This document shows positions 29,571 through 39,592 of a stretch of 42,307 nucleotides of DNA, in pieces. Positions within the stretch are counted from its first letter, which is position 1. Each line of letters opens with the position of its first letter. Under the pieces are notes generated by a model. It was not told the DNA's origin and ran no database searches. It worked only from the letters and a program-made list of their open reading frames with translations. The translations under genes and the position numbers were made by a program. The DNA is from a virus. The stretch lies in IMG/VR virus record IMGVR_UViG_3300007345_000010; one strand, 5' to 3'.

Positions 29571-30409
29571 TATCGCAACTCCGACCATTTATCTAGCGCG
29601 TTACCCGCGCTCAGTGAGTAAGTGGCTCCGTTTGGCACAATGAAAGTTGATAAGCTCCGCTCAAAGGCGATCTCATTCTGGATCGTACCAATAATGACCC
29701 CGCCAACAGTTACCGATGTTACATTGCCACCAACTTGCGAGACGGCAACAGTCACCATAATTGGCCGCCCTGTCGTGTTTGTGTATACAGTCCCAACCGC
29801 ACGGCTGCCTGTAACGTCCTGCCAGATCTGTCCTCGCGTACCGACTGCCGCATCACTTAAGAAGCTGCCGCAAAGCACCTCGACAACGTTCGCTGCTGTT
29901 GCCCGAATGATACAGGTGTCGCCTGCTGCGGTTGTGATGTTAGCGCCGCGATTGGTTACAATGTTGGCGTTATTGGTCAGCGTCAGGGCAGCGTCGAAGC
30001 GTACAAAGTACGTCAGACCAGCTGCAACGGTGAATTGCGTGATCGCAGTGGTGCCGGTGATATTGATATGCCGGGTGTCTGGCGCTGCGGTCGTTAGATC
30101 AACAGTCGCCGCGCTGGCAACGTTGATTCGCAGAGTGTCGAGCTTGCTTGATGCTGTGGCGTTGATTACCGAAAGTAAGGCGCTGTAATACTGACTACTG
30201 CCCACTTCGTCAACAAGTCCGTTAGGAACAATGGCAGCCGCATCCAGCAAGCTGGACATAAAGCCATCCCAGTCGTTGGCCCAGTCTTTTTCTAGGTAGC
30301 TGCCGTCCTTCGCGGTAGGCGAAGTGCGGTTTTTGAATGCGCCTTGTGGGTGCGCCGCTGACGGGTTGTCAAATCGCCCCGGATAGCGCTCGTTACGCTT
30401 TAATGCCAT
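29570..30409 (-). CDS. Tail fibre protein
   Basis: 279 aa, downstream of the baseplate genes. A conserved N-terminal adaptor region is followed by a Thr/Ala/Asn/Val-rich beta C-terminus. Confidence 0.7.
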   Translation of the reverse strand: MALKRNERYPGRFDNPSAAHPQGAFKNRTSPTAKDGSYLEKDWANDWDGFMSSLLDAAAIVPNGLVDEVGSSQYYSALLSVINATASSKLDTLRINVASAATVDLTTAAPDTRHINITGTTAITQFTVAAGLTYFVRFDAALTLTNNANIVTNRGANITTAAGDTCIIRATAANVVEVLCGSFLSDAAVGTRGQIWQDVTGSRAVGTVYTNTTGRPIMVTVAVSQVGGNVTSVTVGGVIIGTIQNEIAFERSLSTFIVPNGATYSLSAGNALDKWSELR

Positions 30410-30412
30410 TGT

Positions 30413-31063
30413 TTACACTCCTATGAATCCGACGCATTCCGCCGATTCGTCGCCAAATTGCAATTCATCATCACCGGCTTCGACATATCCGAAGCCTTCC
30501 AAGAAACCGTTAAACCTGACGCCCTGCGGCTTGGGGATAAGTCCGGCATTGAGCAGCGCGTAGCGCTCAATATTTGATATCTGACCGTAAAACTCGATAC
30601 TGAACGTCATGTCCTCGCCATCAACAACGCGAAGAACCTCGGCATTTGGAAGCAAGAAATTCATGCCCGCCAAAATGCCTTCTATGGTCGCGTCACTGTT
30701 GTTTTTGACGATCTTTGCCTTGATAACCAGCCGGTAAAGGTCATCACTAAGCTGCGAATCGTCTTCAATGGTTAGCGCTGAAAACTGCGCCCCGTCATCG
30801 TCGCCGCACTCGCTTCCGTCTGTTAGATCAAAAAAACCGGGGAACAACTCTGTATTGATCTTAAAGTCACGCCCAACAACAACAATTCGCCCGATTGTGT
30901 TTAGCTGCTCGCCTACGGCGCTGTCGATATCGTATGATTTGCGCACCTTCTGCGCTGCGTCGCAGATTTTCGCGGCCAGCGTGCGGGTTATCGCATACCA
31001 CGCAACAGCTTTTGGCTTGTCGCGGTACTGCGCATAAATCCTATCCGGCACGTTTTGCATCAT
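30413..31063 (-). CDS. Baseplate/fibre-adaptor protein (DUF2612-like position)
   Basis: 216 aa, immediately after the baseplate J-like gene (ATGATG/TGA overlap). Confidence 0.5.
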   Translation of the reverse strand: MMQNVPDRIYAQYRDKPKAVAWYAITRTLAAKICDAAQKVRKSYDIDSAVGEQLNTIGRIVVVGRDFKINTELFPGFFDLTDGSECGDDDGAQFSALTIEDDSQLSDDLYRLVIKAKIVKNNSDATIEGILAGMNFLLPNAEVLRVVDGEDMTFSIEFYGQISNIERYALLNAGLIPKPQGVRFNGFLEGFGYVEAGDDELQFGDESAECVGFIGV

Positions 31064-32277
31064 ACGACTGTCACCGTAATGTTGGATTCAGTCCAGCGGG
31101 ATAGCTCATTAAAGGCAATCGCCACGTTTGACGTTCCGCCGTTCACAGTCATGGCTGAAACGTAGCTGTTACCGTACTCGCCTAAAACGTGGTTGATAGG
31201 CGTAAAGATTGACGTATATGGAACGTCCTCGCCAATATCGAAGCCGGTAATCTTGAAGCCAACGTCAGCCGGCACAAGGTCGCCGTTTGCGTATTCAAGC
31301 ACGGCTTCCTTGATTAACTGGTCAGCGTTCGGCGGCAGATTCCCGTCGTCGGCTATCGTGATATCCAGAATCATATCAACGTAATTAGGGCGGCTAAACC
31401 TAACTAGCTTTGTGTTTTGCGGATAAACAGGTGAGACTACTGTAACCGCTTCCGCAGTTCCGGCCTGATTAAGGCGGCAACCCGGATTCTTTTTAAGGTA
31501 AACAGCAAGCGCCACGGCGTCATTAGAACCGCCGTCAATAATCGGCGAAATGCTGTTTTTCGGAAGCGCGTGCGGATTATCTACAGGGTCGAATGCGTCG
31601 CTGCCGGTGTCGTTTTCGTAAACCTTCGCGCGACGCACGCCATCAACTGCGAACAGCTCGCCAAGCATTGAGTCGATTTGATTATTGCCGGGACGACCAA
31701 CAGCAGTAGCTCGCGTGACGCGGAACGAGGAATTGGTCTGGCGGTCAGTGCCGGGTGTGGCCGGTGCAGCGTTGTTGACCGTTTGCAGGCCAGCAACAAC
31801 CGTCACGATTCGCGTAATAGTCCCCGCGTCAGCTTGTGTTGCGCCGTTAACCGTGCAAGATGCGTCAACCGTGGCGACGCCTGAGCCATCAAGTGTTACG
31901 GTTTGAGTTGTTGCCCACTGACTGCCAGTAGTCGCAGACTCAAACAGAGTGCCTCCCAAAACCACCGTTCCGGGAGTCCCGGATAACGACATATCAACGG
32001 TGGACGGCGTGCCGAGTGAGCGCTTAGCGCCGGTCAGCGCCCCGATTACATCTAGGTCTGAGTCCTTTGCCTTGTTAGGGTCTTTGGAGTTGTACGCCTG
32101 CTGCAAAACTTCATCAAGGACGCTAAATATCTCAGCGTCATGCGCGATCTTTAGGCCGTCCGGCGTGGACGGGTCAAGATTCCACAGTGCATCAATTGCC
32201 TGATACAGTGCGCGCTCTTCTTCAAAGTATTCATTCTGGGTTTTGCGCACATACCCTTGAGGCGTTAGTTCAGCCAT
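31060..32277 (-). CDS. Baseplate J-like protein
   Basis: 405 aa. Size, position and pattern match gpJ/XkdT-type baseplate wedge proteins. Confidence 0.7.
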   Translation of the reverse strand: MAELTPQGYVRKTQNEYFEEERALYQAIDALWNLDPSTPDGLKIAHDAEIFSVLDEVLQQAYNSKDPNKAKDSDLDVIGALTGAKRSLGTPSTVDMSLSGTPGTVVLGGTLFESATTGSQWATTQTVTLDGSGVATVDASCTVNGATQADAGTITRIVTVVAGLQTVNNAAPATPGTDRQTNSSFRVTRATAVGRPGNNQIDSMLGELFAVDGVRRAKVYENDTGSDAFDPVDNPHALPKNSISPIIDGGSNDAVALAVYLKKNPGCRLNQAGTAEAVTVVSPVYPQNTKLVRFSRPNYVDMILDITIADDGNLPPNADQLIKEAVLEYANGDLVPADVGFKITGFDIGEDVPYTSIFTPINHVLGEYGNSYVSAMTVNGGTSNVAIAFNELSRWTESNITVTVV

Positions 32278-32620
32278 CGAATCCTAGCTCCACAAGGCCT
32301 TGCTCGGTTATTACTGTTGAGCGAAAGCTAAATTTTCGGGTGTTCAGGTCAAAATCAGTAGAAAAGCTGGCGATACGCACTACGCCCGGTGAATTTGCAA
32401 TCCGCGCACGCAAAACAGCCTCGACAGTTGACAGATTGGCAAACTTCCCTAGAATTTGCTCATGCCACGGCGTTCCGTCGGTTACATCGCGGAAATACTC
32501 GCCAAGGTATAACCATAGGCGCGTGCGGATTGTCTGCTCGACTTCTTCGCGCCCAGTTAGAAACTGGTTGCCTCTAGTCACGATATCGCCGCTGTCGGCG
32601 TCTAGGCGTCGTACTGTCAT
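32270..32620 (-). CDS. Baseplate wedge protein (gp25/W- or XkdS-like)
   Basis: 116 aa with the pattern ...EEVEQTIRTRLWLYLGEYFRDVTDG..., between the spike and J-like genes. Confidence 0.6.
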   Translation of the reverse strand: MTVRRLDADSGDIVTRGNQFLTGREEVEQTIRTRLWLYLGEYFRDVTDGTPWHEQILGKFANLSTVEAVLRARIANSPGVVRIASFSTDFDLNTRKFSFRSTVITEQGLVELGFDG

Positions 32621-33264
32621 GTCACCGGAACCGAGCTAATGCCGCTACCGGGCGTCACGCCGCTAGTGCGGTGGTTATCAAGCGAAATACCGGCGGCGGT
32701 GATTACGTCACCACCCGGCGTAATGGTCGCGCCGTTAATCGTGACGGTGCCGTCCACAGCTATGCGAATATGCCCAGCTGGATTTTCCACCGAGACAGTT
32801 CCGTCATTCTTAAGCCAAGCGAACTGTGACCCGTCACGCGAAGCGAGCCGAATTCCGTTGTTCTGGAATGCAGGAAGCTTGTTAGGCTGCGAACGGTATC
32901 CCGGCGCAAAGAAAGCGTCTTGCGGGTTGTGAAACCGCGCTATAGGATTAGCTGCCACGCCGCCGGTTTGAATCCAGCCGTCAACGCACCGTTGGGCGAA
33001 ATGAATCATGCCCTCATCGCCGGGGTTTAGCTCAAACTCTAAGTGCCAGTCACCGCCAGAGAACTGCACTGGCACCTCGATAATCGGCGGCGGGGTAAAG
33101 GTCGCGTCGTTAATATCAACGCGCTGCACGCCGATTTGAACCTGAGCCATTTGCCGCGTCGGGTCGAAAGTCAGGATATGACCGGGGATGCACGTAAAGA
33201 TGGCTTTCTGCTGTTCGCGGAAAGCTGCCTTAAAAAACGTGCTAGGCTTGGTCTGCTCGGTCAT
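32617..33264 (-). CDS. Central baseplate spike (gp138 N-terminal/gpV-like)
   Basis: 215 aa with an OB-like N-terminal half and a C-terminal beta-helix-like tail (TVTINGATITPGGDVITAAGISL). Confidence 0.6.
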   Translation of the reverse strand: MTEQTKPSTFFKAAFREQQKAIFTCIPGHILTFDPTRQMAQVQIGVQRVDINDATFTPPPIIEVPVQFSGGDWHLEFELNPGDEGMIHFAQRCVDGWIQTGGVAANPIARFHNPQDAFFAPGYRSQPNKLPAFQNNGIRLASRDGSQFAWLKNDGTVSVENPAGHIRIAVDGTVTINGATITPGGDVITAAGISLDNHRTSGVTPGSGISSVPVT

Positions 33265-33318
33265 ATCTTGCCCGGTAAAGGTTTTGTGTATTGTACCACT
33301 GATAACGATTATCAGTCA

Positions 33319-34725
33319 TTACCTGACAAAGCTGCGCCCCTTCATCGCCTTTTGATTGACTCGAGCCACCGCTTCGCCGCGCGTGATTTGGCCATTACGG
33401 TTTACATCAAGGCCAGAGTTTGCGGCGTATTGCGCTTGGTAGGGGCCTGTCGTTTTCTCCCACATGACATAAGAGTCAGCCCGCCCGACGGCGATTGGCC
33501 ACAACACTGCCATGTAGGTGTCTCCAAGGTTGCGCAGCCTGCCGTCGTATTGCTCGAAATACTTGTCTACGAAATCAAGTTGCTGCACCGCTGTCATGCG
33601 CGCCAGTTTTGTAGTGGTCGTGCCAAGCCCGCGCGCCGTCGCTTCGACAAACTGAATAAGGCCGGTAGCCGAGCTGCCGGGGTTACGCACTGACGGGCTA
33701 AATGTCTCGCCAGTCTCGAAAGCCATCACAGCCATAAGCCAGTTAGGGTCAAGATTACGGCGGACTGCAATGTCTCGCACCTTGGCGCGGAACTCTTGCG
33801 AAACCCTAGCACCCCATATCAGCTTGCCATTGGTCGAAGTGGATACGTCTGCTTTCGGCTGTGTGCCGGGGCGAAGGCCGTCAATATCTGTTCGCCAAGT
33901 CGCACCGTGGCTGTCGCCGCGATGCTTTAATGAAAACACGTTGTATTCGCCATTGGCGGAAGCGTCGCCGGTTAACTCCTGCATGAACAAGTTGCCAGTG
34001 TTGAAAGTGGCAAACTCGCTTTTTACGTTGATTCTTGAATCAATGCGCACGAACGGGTCAAGCTGAGTTGACACGAAAACACCAAGCCCGTCAGGGCCGC
34101 GCGAAACTTCTGGGATACCGATCATGCCGGTAAATTGATTTATCTCTTTGATTGCCGTCTTTCGGGCTGCGCCTTTCTTTGTGACGACTACGCGCCCGTT
34201 TTCCTGAATCCATTCAAAGTTAAACGCAACCGCAAGCGTGTCGAGGATTGTCGGAATGTCTCCATCTGCGTAATAGCCGGTCGTGAACACTGGGTCATCT
34301 TTGAATTGCTCGTTATCCATGCTGATCGGGCGCGGCCACTCAGCGACCACGGCGCGAATAACCTCAGTGACCTTGGTATTAACGCCAAATGAAATATTGA
34401 CTGACGCGCGATCAATAACGGGCGCGCCGCCTTTACACAGAATGCGCGTAAAAATAGACGGGCCATCACGCTCACGTAGCACGTTTGTCGTAAAGCCTGA
34501 AAAGATCGTGTCAACAGCATCAGTAAAGCCAGCGCGCAAAACGATGGGCGACCGCTGAGCGATGGCGCTCTCTTTGCTAAGGCCGTAAATGCGAATATCT
34601 GCAAAAGACAGCGAGTCCCCCGGCGCTATATCAACGTCAAATATGCACCGAAACTGCCGCGCGCCTGTTTGATTGCTGATAAACGGCTGTCCGGCAGTGT
34701 CGATTGACCATTCACGCGAGCGCAT
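33319..34725 (-). CDS. Baseplate hub protein with a C-terminal SLT-like lytic transglycosylase domain
   Basis: 468 aa from ATG 34725 (TGATG overlap). The C-terminal motif is LMAVMAFETGETF...ATGLIQF... Confidence 0.6.
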   Translation of the reverse strand: MRSREWSIDTAGQPFISNQTGARQFRCIFDVDIAPGDSLSFADIRIYGLSKESAIAQRSPIVLRAGFTDAVDTIFSGFTTNVLRERDGPSIFTRILCKGGAPVIDRASVNISFGVNTKVTEVIRAVVAEWPRPISMDNEQFKDDPVFTTGYYADGDIPTILDTLAVAFNFEWIQENGRVVVTKKGAARKTAIKEINQFTGMIGIPEVSRGPDGLGVFVSTQLDPFVRIDSRINVKSEFATFNTGNLFMQELTGDASANGEYNVFSLKHRGDSHGATWRTDIDGLRPGTQPKADVSTSTNGKLIWGARVSQEFRAKVRDIAVRRNLDPNWLMAVMAFETGETFSPSVRNPGSSATGLIQFVEATARGLGTTTTKLARMTAVQQLDFVDKYFEQYDGRLRNLGDTYMAVLWPIAVGRADSYVMWEKTTGPYQAQYAANSGLDVNRNGQITRGEAVARVNQKAMKGRSFVR

Positions 34726-35027
34726 CAGGTGACGTCCTCTACCCAAACAAGCTGATTTTCGGTGCCTAGGTTAGTTAATGTCACCTCTTCGCCAACAAAC
34801 ACAAGCCGACCAATTCCTAGCTGATTAGGCCCGATAATGTCAGCACCCGGTTCAAGCATTGCCCCAGCGACAAGGCGAGTGCCGTCACGGTAGATGTTGG
34901 CCGACCATGCTGGTGAATCTAAATAAGAAACATAATCAATCTCAAAATCAATTAGATTATCGCCAAGTTGATCACTAAACCGTTGGTGAGCATTGGCCGC
35001 GCCGTTTTTTAGTTTAATTTCAAGCAT
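34725..35027 (-). CDS. Tail/baseplate protein of unknown role (100 aa)
   Basis: Tightly coupled ORF between the tape-measure-proximal gene and the hub. Confidence 0.55.
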   Translation of the reverse strand: MLEIKLKNGAANAHQRFSDQLGDNLIDFEIDYVSYLDSPAWSANIYRDGTRLVAGAMLEPGADIIGPNQLGIGRLVFVGEEVTLTNLGTENQLVWVEDVT

Positions 35028-35683
35028 TAGAATATACCGTCCAAAACCTGATTAACTTTTGCGTTTACAGCCGCGCCAGCCTCTTTGGCGATCTGCTGCC
35101 CGCGACGCACTGCTTTAGCTGCTGCCGATTCTGACGGGTCGCCAGTGCGCAGCTGTTCGACGCTCGGCTGGCCTATCTGCGCGATACGATCAAGCGTAAT
35201 CAGCTCTTGCAGCTCCGCGATGAACTCTAGGCCGTTCTCGTTGCGTGGCTCTTTGGTTCTAGATAGCCGGGTGATTACCATGTTTTTAAGCGTGATGTCG
35301 CCAGCATCAATGTCGAACGGGTCGCCAGCCAGCATCAGGTTGATCAGGAATTCCAGCGCAGTACTGGCCCGTGTGTCATCGGTGCCGGATAGCCACCCTG
35401 CCGAAAGGCCAGCGACGCCCGCCACGATAGGGTTATCGGTAAGGTTGGAAAGTGCGCCGCCCAAAAAGTCGGTTAACTGCACCTTTAGCGGGTTATTGCT
35501 TACCGCGCCAGACAGACGCCACACGAACGGGTTAAGAATGCGATGGTCAGCAACTCGCACGCCGGATTCTACCGGGTATGTTGTTACCTCTACGCTAGCC
35601 TCTAGCGTATCCTCAAGCACAGCATCAAACGAATAGCCTGCTATTGTAGGAGCTTTGCGAGTGAAAATGTTAATGATAGACAT
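35027..35683 (-). CDS. Tail protein immediately after the tape measure (tube-initiator/XkdP position)
   Basis: 218 aa. The call is based on position. Confidence 0.5.
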   Translation of the reverse strand: MSIINIFTRKAPTIAGYSFDAVLEDTLEASVEVTTYPVESGVRVADHRILNPFVWRLSGAVSNNPLKVQLTDFLGGALSNLTDNPIVAGVAGLSAGWLSGTDDTRASTALEFLINLMLAGDPFDIDAGDITLKNMVITRLSRTKEPRNENGLEFIAELQELITLDRIAQIGQPSVEQLRTGDPSESAAAKAVRRGQQIAKEAGAAVNAKVNQVLDGIF

Positions 35684-35685
35684 TC

Positions 35686-36891
35686 TTAACGGCCTGTAGT
35701 TTGTTGCAGGTCTTCCAGCGCATTATAAGCCGCGCGCTCTGTCACTGTCTCAACTCGCTTGTCGAACTTTTCGCCGTCAAGCTCTACTTTGACGGTGTTC
35801 TGCACTTGGATTGGGCGATTGCTTACCGCCTCGCCAATGGCTTTCGCGGTGGCTGCGCGGTCTTCCTCGGCGGTGATGATCTGAACTTGTGGCGTGCCGG
35901 ATTGCTGAATCTCTGACGCTGAATCGCCACGGAAGAAATCGACCGTAGCGCCGTAACCGGGAATTAGCAGCCGTAACAGCGAATCCTTGCCTTCTTCTGT
36001 TTCGGCGGTCTTGCGGATTGCTCGCTCGGCTAATCCGGCACCGATAAGCGTTTGTGACACAGGCTCGCCGCGAGTGCCCTTTAGGGCCGCACCTAACGCG
36101 CCGACAGGGCCAGCTGCCTCATAGGCCTGACCGACTGGGCCTTCGCCGCGCAATATGCTGCGCAACCCTCTAGTGAATTCCGTTACGCCTTCTGCGGCCT
36201 CCGCCATAGCCGGGATAAAGTCGCGCGCCAGCTCGTTTTGCAGCCCGTCAAAAGTAAGACCTAGCTCGGCAAGATTAGCGTTTAGCTTGCGACTCCCTTC
36301 TGCCAAGTCCTCGATATCGCCAGTCGCTTCGCGTGCGCGTTCTACATAAGTGTCTAGCCCCTCGGTAAGCACGCGCAGCGCTGCGTCATCCAGCCCTAAC
36401 GCCTCACCCACCTGCCGCCGTCCGAACTCGTCAAGCCCTTGCAGCTGCGGCGCGAGAAGGCGTAAAAACTCTTCTGCGTCCTTCGCTTGGGTCAGAGGCA
36501 ATACGTCAATGCCAGCCGGGACGGCCTGAGCAAACGGCGAAAACTCGCCTTGCAGCTTGAGCGCGCGCAATGCGTCTTCGATGCCTTCGATTTGGTCGAT
36601 AGCCGCGCCAGCGTCACCGCCAGCTAGGCGCAGCGCGCCGCCAAAGGCATTGATAAAGTTAAGAGAGGTCTTTAGGTTGCTGGCCCGTAGCGCTACTTGG
36701 TCGATCTTGTTAGCCGTTGTCAGCGCACTGGCAGCAGCAGCACCAAAAGCCCCGACGATTGCCGCCGAGGCCGAAAGGATGCCGCTTTTCATGCTGCCTA
36801 CGCCGGACTCGATCTTGCGCGTACCTTTATCAAAGTCGCGCGTATCAAATCCGATGCCGATCAAGAATTGCTTTAGGACGTTGCTCGCCAT
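35686..36891 (-). CDS. Tape measure protein (short, 401 aa)
   Basis: Follows the chaperone pair. Ala/Gly-rich helical protein with a hydrophobic N-terminal segment. ATG at 36891 in a GGTGAGTGATG context. Confidence 0.7.
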   Translation of the reverse strand: MASNVLKQFLIGIGFDTRDFDKGTRKIESGVGSMKSGILSASAAIVGAFGAAAASALTTANKIDQVALRASNLKTSLNFINAFGGALRLAGGDAGAAIDQIEGIEDALRALKLQGEFSPFAQAVPAGIDVLPLTQAKDAEEFLRLLAPQLQGLDEFGRRQVGEALGLDDAALRVLTEGLDTYVERAREATGDIEDLAEGSRKLNANLAELGLTFDGLQNELARDFIPAMAEAAEGVTEFTRGLRSILRGEGPVGQAYEAAGPVGALGAALKGTRGEPVSQTLIGAGLAERAIRKTAETEEGKDSLLRLLIPGYGATVDFFRGDSASEIQQSGTPQVQIITAEEDRAATAKAIGEAVSNRPIQVQNTVKVELDGEKFDKRVETVTERAAYNALEDLQQTTGR

Positions 36892-37450
36892 CACTCACCT
36901 ATCGCCGGTCTGGCGTCCAATAGCTCGGTTATCGTCTGGTTAAACCGCTCAACATCAGCCAGCGACAACGAGCCGTCCGTAAGCTGCGCCCAAGTGCATA
37001 GCGGCGGGCAGATGCCCTGCACGCCAACACAAGGCCGCATTAAGTACCAGTTGACGGCGCTTCGTCGTTGCTGCCCTGCGCGCCGTCTAGGACGCTGGGC
37101 AACCAGTCGAAAAAATCCGACAAATTCCAGCGCAATAGCTGGGCTAACAGCGTGTTGTACTGCACGATCTTGCCGCCAAAGTCAGCCACGGTGATGGCTG
37201 TGTCAGTGCCATGCACAAACACGCGCGCCATCAGCAGGCCAGCAATGCGGTCTTTAACCTGCTTGTTCATTGCCATAAACATGGGCGCGAGCACGTTGTC
37301 GCCAAGTTCGCTGCCCTGTTTTGCGACCACTAAAAAGCGCTCAATCACCGGGGCTGTAATCAGCCCCAGTAATTCGTCCTGCTGCACCGCGCTTGCCATT
37401 GCTGCGTTATAGGTTACGCCGCCAATCGTAAATGCCCTTACGTTGCTCAT
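36891..37450 (-). CDS. Tail assembly chaperone frameshift product (GT-like, about 186 aa) via -1 slip at 37115..37109
   Basis: After T_TTT_TTC the -1 frame stays open for 73 codons and stops at the TGA that overlaps the tape measure ATG (TGATG). Confidence 0.65.
37040..37450 (-). CDS. Tail assembly chaperone (G-like, 136 aa)
   Basis: Sits between the tube and tape measure genes and contains a slippery heptamer near its 3' end. Confidence 0.7.
   Translation of the reverse strand: MSNVRAFTIGGVTYNAAMASAVQQDELLGLITAPVIERFLVVAKQGSELGDNVLAPMFMAMNKQVKDRIAGLLMARVFVHGTDTAITVADFGGKIVQYNTLLAQLLRWNLSDFFDWLPSVLDGAQGSNDEAPSTGT
37109..37115 (-). promoter_or_regulatory. Programmed -1 ribosomal frameshift heptamer T_TTT_TTC
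   Basis: The zero-frame codons GAT TTT TTC fit the X_XXY_YYZ rule. Confidence 0.65.
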
Positions 37451-37453
37451 GCG

Positions 37454-37861
37454 TTAGCCTCGTGTCGCGTTCCAGCGGTTAAACTCAAAGATGAACAGAT
37501 CGTCAGTGATTGCTGAGCCTGCGCGCCCCCGCTGACCATCGTTAACGATAGCGCCCTCGGTGCCGATAGCATTCTCAAGTGTGCCGATCTGCGTGAATGA
37601 CAGCTCGATATTTGCTTGCGAAGCGTACAAGCCCTGCAAGAATGCCGAATCAGGCGAACCGGGATTGATAAACAGCTGCACACGGCGACCGGGGTTGATT
37701 CGATCAAGGCGCACAGCGTTGCCACCTTGGCCGCGCCGGATTTGCGTCTTCTGGTCGATTGGGTCATCAGTGTATGGCGTCGCAGCTTCGCCCCAGTCGG
37801 TAATCTCTCGACCGTTGACGGTAACAACGCTATTTTCGGTGCTGAAATTATTCAGTGCCAT
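37454..37861 (-). CDS. Tail tube protein (DUF3277-like)
   Basis: 135 aa, directly downstream of the sheath gene. Confidence 0.7.
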   Translation of the reverse strand: MALNNFSTENSVVTVNGREITDWGEAATPYTDDPIDQKTQIRRGQGGNAVRLDRINPGRRVQLFINPGSPDSAFLQGLYASQANIELSFTQIGTLENAIGTEGAIVNDGQRGRAGSAITDDLFIFEFNRWNATRG

Positions 37862-37872
37862 TTGTCGGCCTC

Positions 37873-39015
37873 TTAGTAAACGTCAACGTCAGCTTGAACG
37901 ATATGAATCGCGCCAGCACGGAACAAGCGCCAGCGGATGGGCGCAGACTTGCGAGCCGCACGGTCTGGGTCGCTAAGGTCAAGAATATCCTCGGGCTTCG
38001 TCAAAAGCTCGTAGCCTTCGGTGTACTTCTCGATGCCGTCGTCTGGGTCGATGTAGTTGCGCGGGCCAAGGTAGCCATTTCGAATGAACTGCTCACCCAC
38101 CTTGCGCACTGCCGCGTTAATTACAGCTTGGCCGCGCGGGGTTTGCGCCAGCTTAGTGGGCACATTTGCGACTGCATTGTAAAGCGCAACGGTTAGCGCG
38201 TTAATGCATGCATCAAGGTTTACGACGTCATCAATAAATTCGCCGTAAGTGCTGTGAGTGTACGTATTCAGCCAGCGGCCAGCGTCAACGCTGCCCTGAT
38301 TCTCGACCACGGTGTAGAATGTCGCCTTCTTGCTCGCTTGCTGCATTGCGGCGTATTCGGTGCCGGTTATCGACTCAGCAGCAACACCGGGCGACTTCTT
38401 ATACTCGCCGGTAATGGTGCTATTATCGGCGCTGTAGTTCACGGCGGCAAAATGCTTGGCCAGCGCGTTGCCAGAATAGGCGTCAGTGGCGTGTGCGGCG
38501 GTGTAGACACGGCGCAAGCCCAAGGTGGTCAGTTGGGTAGCAATGTCGTCAATATCGGCGGGGTCACGAATCTCTGCTACGCCCGCGCCGGTCTGGCTGT
38601 TAACGAAGAGCCGACCATTGGCGTCAGCCCATTGCGCAATCTCTACGGCGCCAGCCTTGACAGCAAGGATTGGCGCGGTAAAGAATGTCCAATACCAGAA
38701 CAACTGGTTTGCAGCTTTGTTCAGCGTGTCAGTCAGCGTTGCATCAAGGACGTTACTGCCCCACACTTTAAGTTCGCGGGTAGCCGGGGTACCGCCAAGC
38801 CAGCGGGCGGCAGCCTTGTAGGTCTCGGTCGTGCTTGCAAAGTCAGCAGCCAAGCCCGTAAGGTTAAAGTAAGTTCGCACAGTGTCAGGCGCAAAGCCTA
38901 CCGGCAGTTCACCGGACGGCGCAAACAGTAAGCCGCTCGCAAAGTTCGCCGTGCCTAAGCCTGCGGGCGAAATCCGCGTATTGATTTGAATGATGTTCGC
39001 AGCAGGATAGGCCAC
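37873..39015 (-). CDS. Tail sheath protein (DUF3383-like)
   Basis: 380 aa, first of the sheath-tube-chaperone-tape measure series. Confidence 0.7.
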   Translation of the reverse strand: MAYPAANIIQINTRISPAGLGTANFASGLLFAPSGELPVGFAPDTVRTYFNLTGLAADFASTTETYKAAARWLGGTPATRELKVWGSNVLDATLTDTLNKAANQLFWYWTFFTAPILAVKAGAVEIAQWADANGRLFVNSQTGAGVAEIRDPADIDDIATQLTTLGLRRVYTAAHATDAYSGNALAKHFAAVNYSADNSTITGEYKKSPGVAAESITGTEYAAMQQASKKATFYTVVENQGSVDAGRWLNTYTHSTYGEFIDDVVNLDACINALTVALYNAVANVPTKLAQTPRGQAVINAAVRKVGEQFIRNGYLGPRNYIDPDDGIEKYTEGYELLTKPEDILDLSDPDRAARKSAPIRWRLFRAGAIHIVQADVDVY

Positions 39016-39061
39016 TTGTCGTAACTCCTAATGAGTCTGATTCTCGTTAATTTTAACAGCT

Positions 39062-39592
39062 TCACGCAGAAACATCTACGCGCGCAAGCTCTTGGGCTTT
39101 CTCGTTTTCGATGATTACCGACGCGCTTAGGATGTTGTTCACATCGACAAGGCTTCGCGCCTCATACATAACGCGAATGGTTATCTGCGCGCGCTGCTCC
39201 CACTCAGCAGACTGCAAGCCGGTCAGGTTGTTTACAGCATCCGTGCCGCCCCAGCCTAAGCCCGCCTTAAACAAGGCAATTTGCACGTCGGGGCGCTTAT
39301 TGCATTCCTTTAGGCGCTCTGCATATTGCAGAGCATTGCCACGGAAAAAGTTCACGCTACAGTTAGCGATCACCTGCGCGCGAACGTCGAACTCCACCAA
39401 ATCACCGGGAACGTCTTTGGTGTAGATGATTGCTTGACCGCGCTGCGTTACCGATTGGCGCGGGAGGATGGTCGCATATTCGCCGCTTGGCGCTTCCGCC
39501 CCGGTAGCGTAGTTAGCGATAATGCATTCAGGCACGCCGGTAGCGGCAAGCACGATAGGACGCAAAACATCGAACAGATCATCATTGGTCAT
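39062..39592 (-). CDS. Neck/tail-terminator-position structural protein
   Basis: 176 aa, last connector-block gene before the sheath. The call is based on position. Confidence 0.45.
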   Translation of the reverse strand: MTNDDLFDVLRPIVLAATGVPECIIANYATGAEAPSGEYATILPRQSVTQRGQAIIYTKDVPGDLVEFDVRAQVIANCSVNFFRGNALQYAERLKECNKRPDVQIALFKAGLGWGGTDAVNNLTGLQSAEWEQRAQITIRVMYEARSLVDVNNILSASVIIENEKAQELARVDVSA

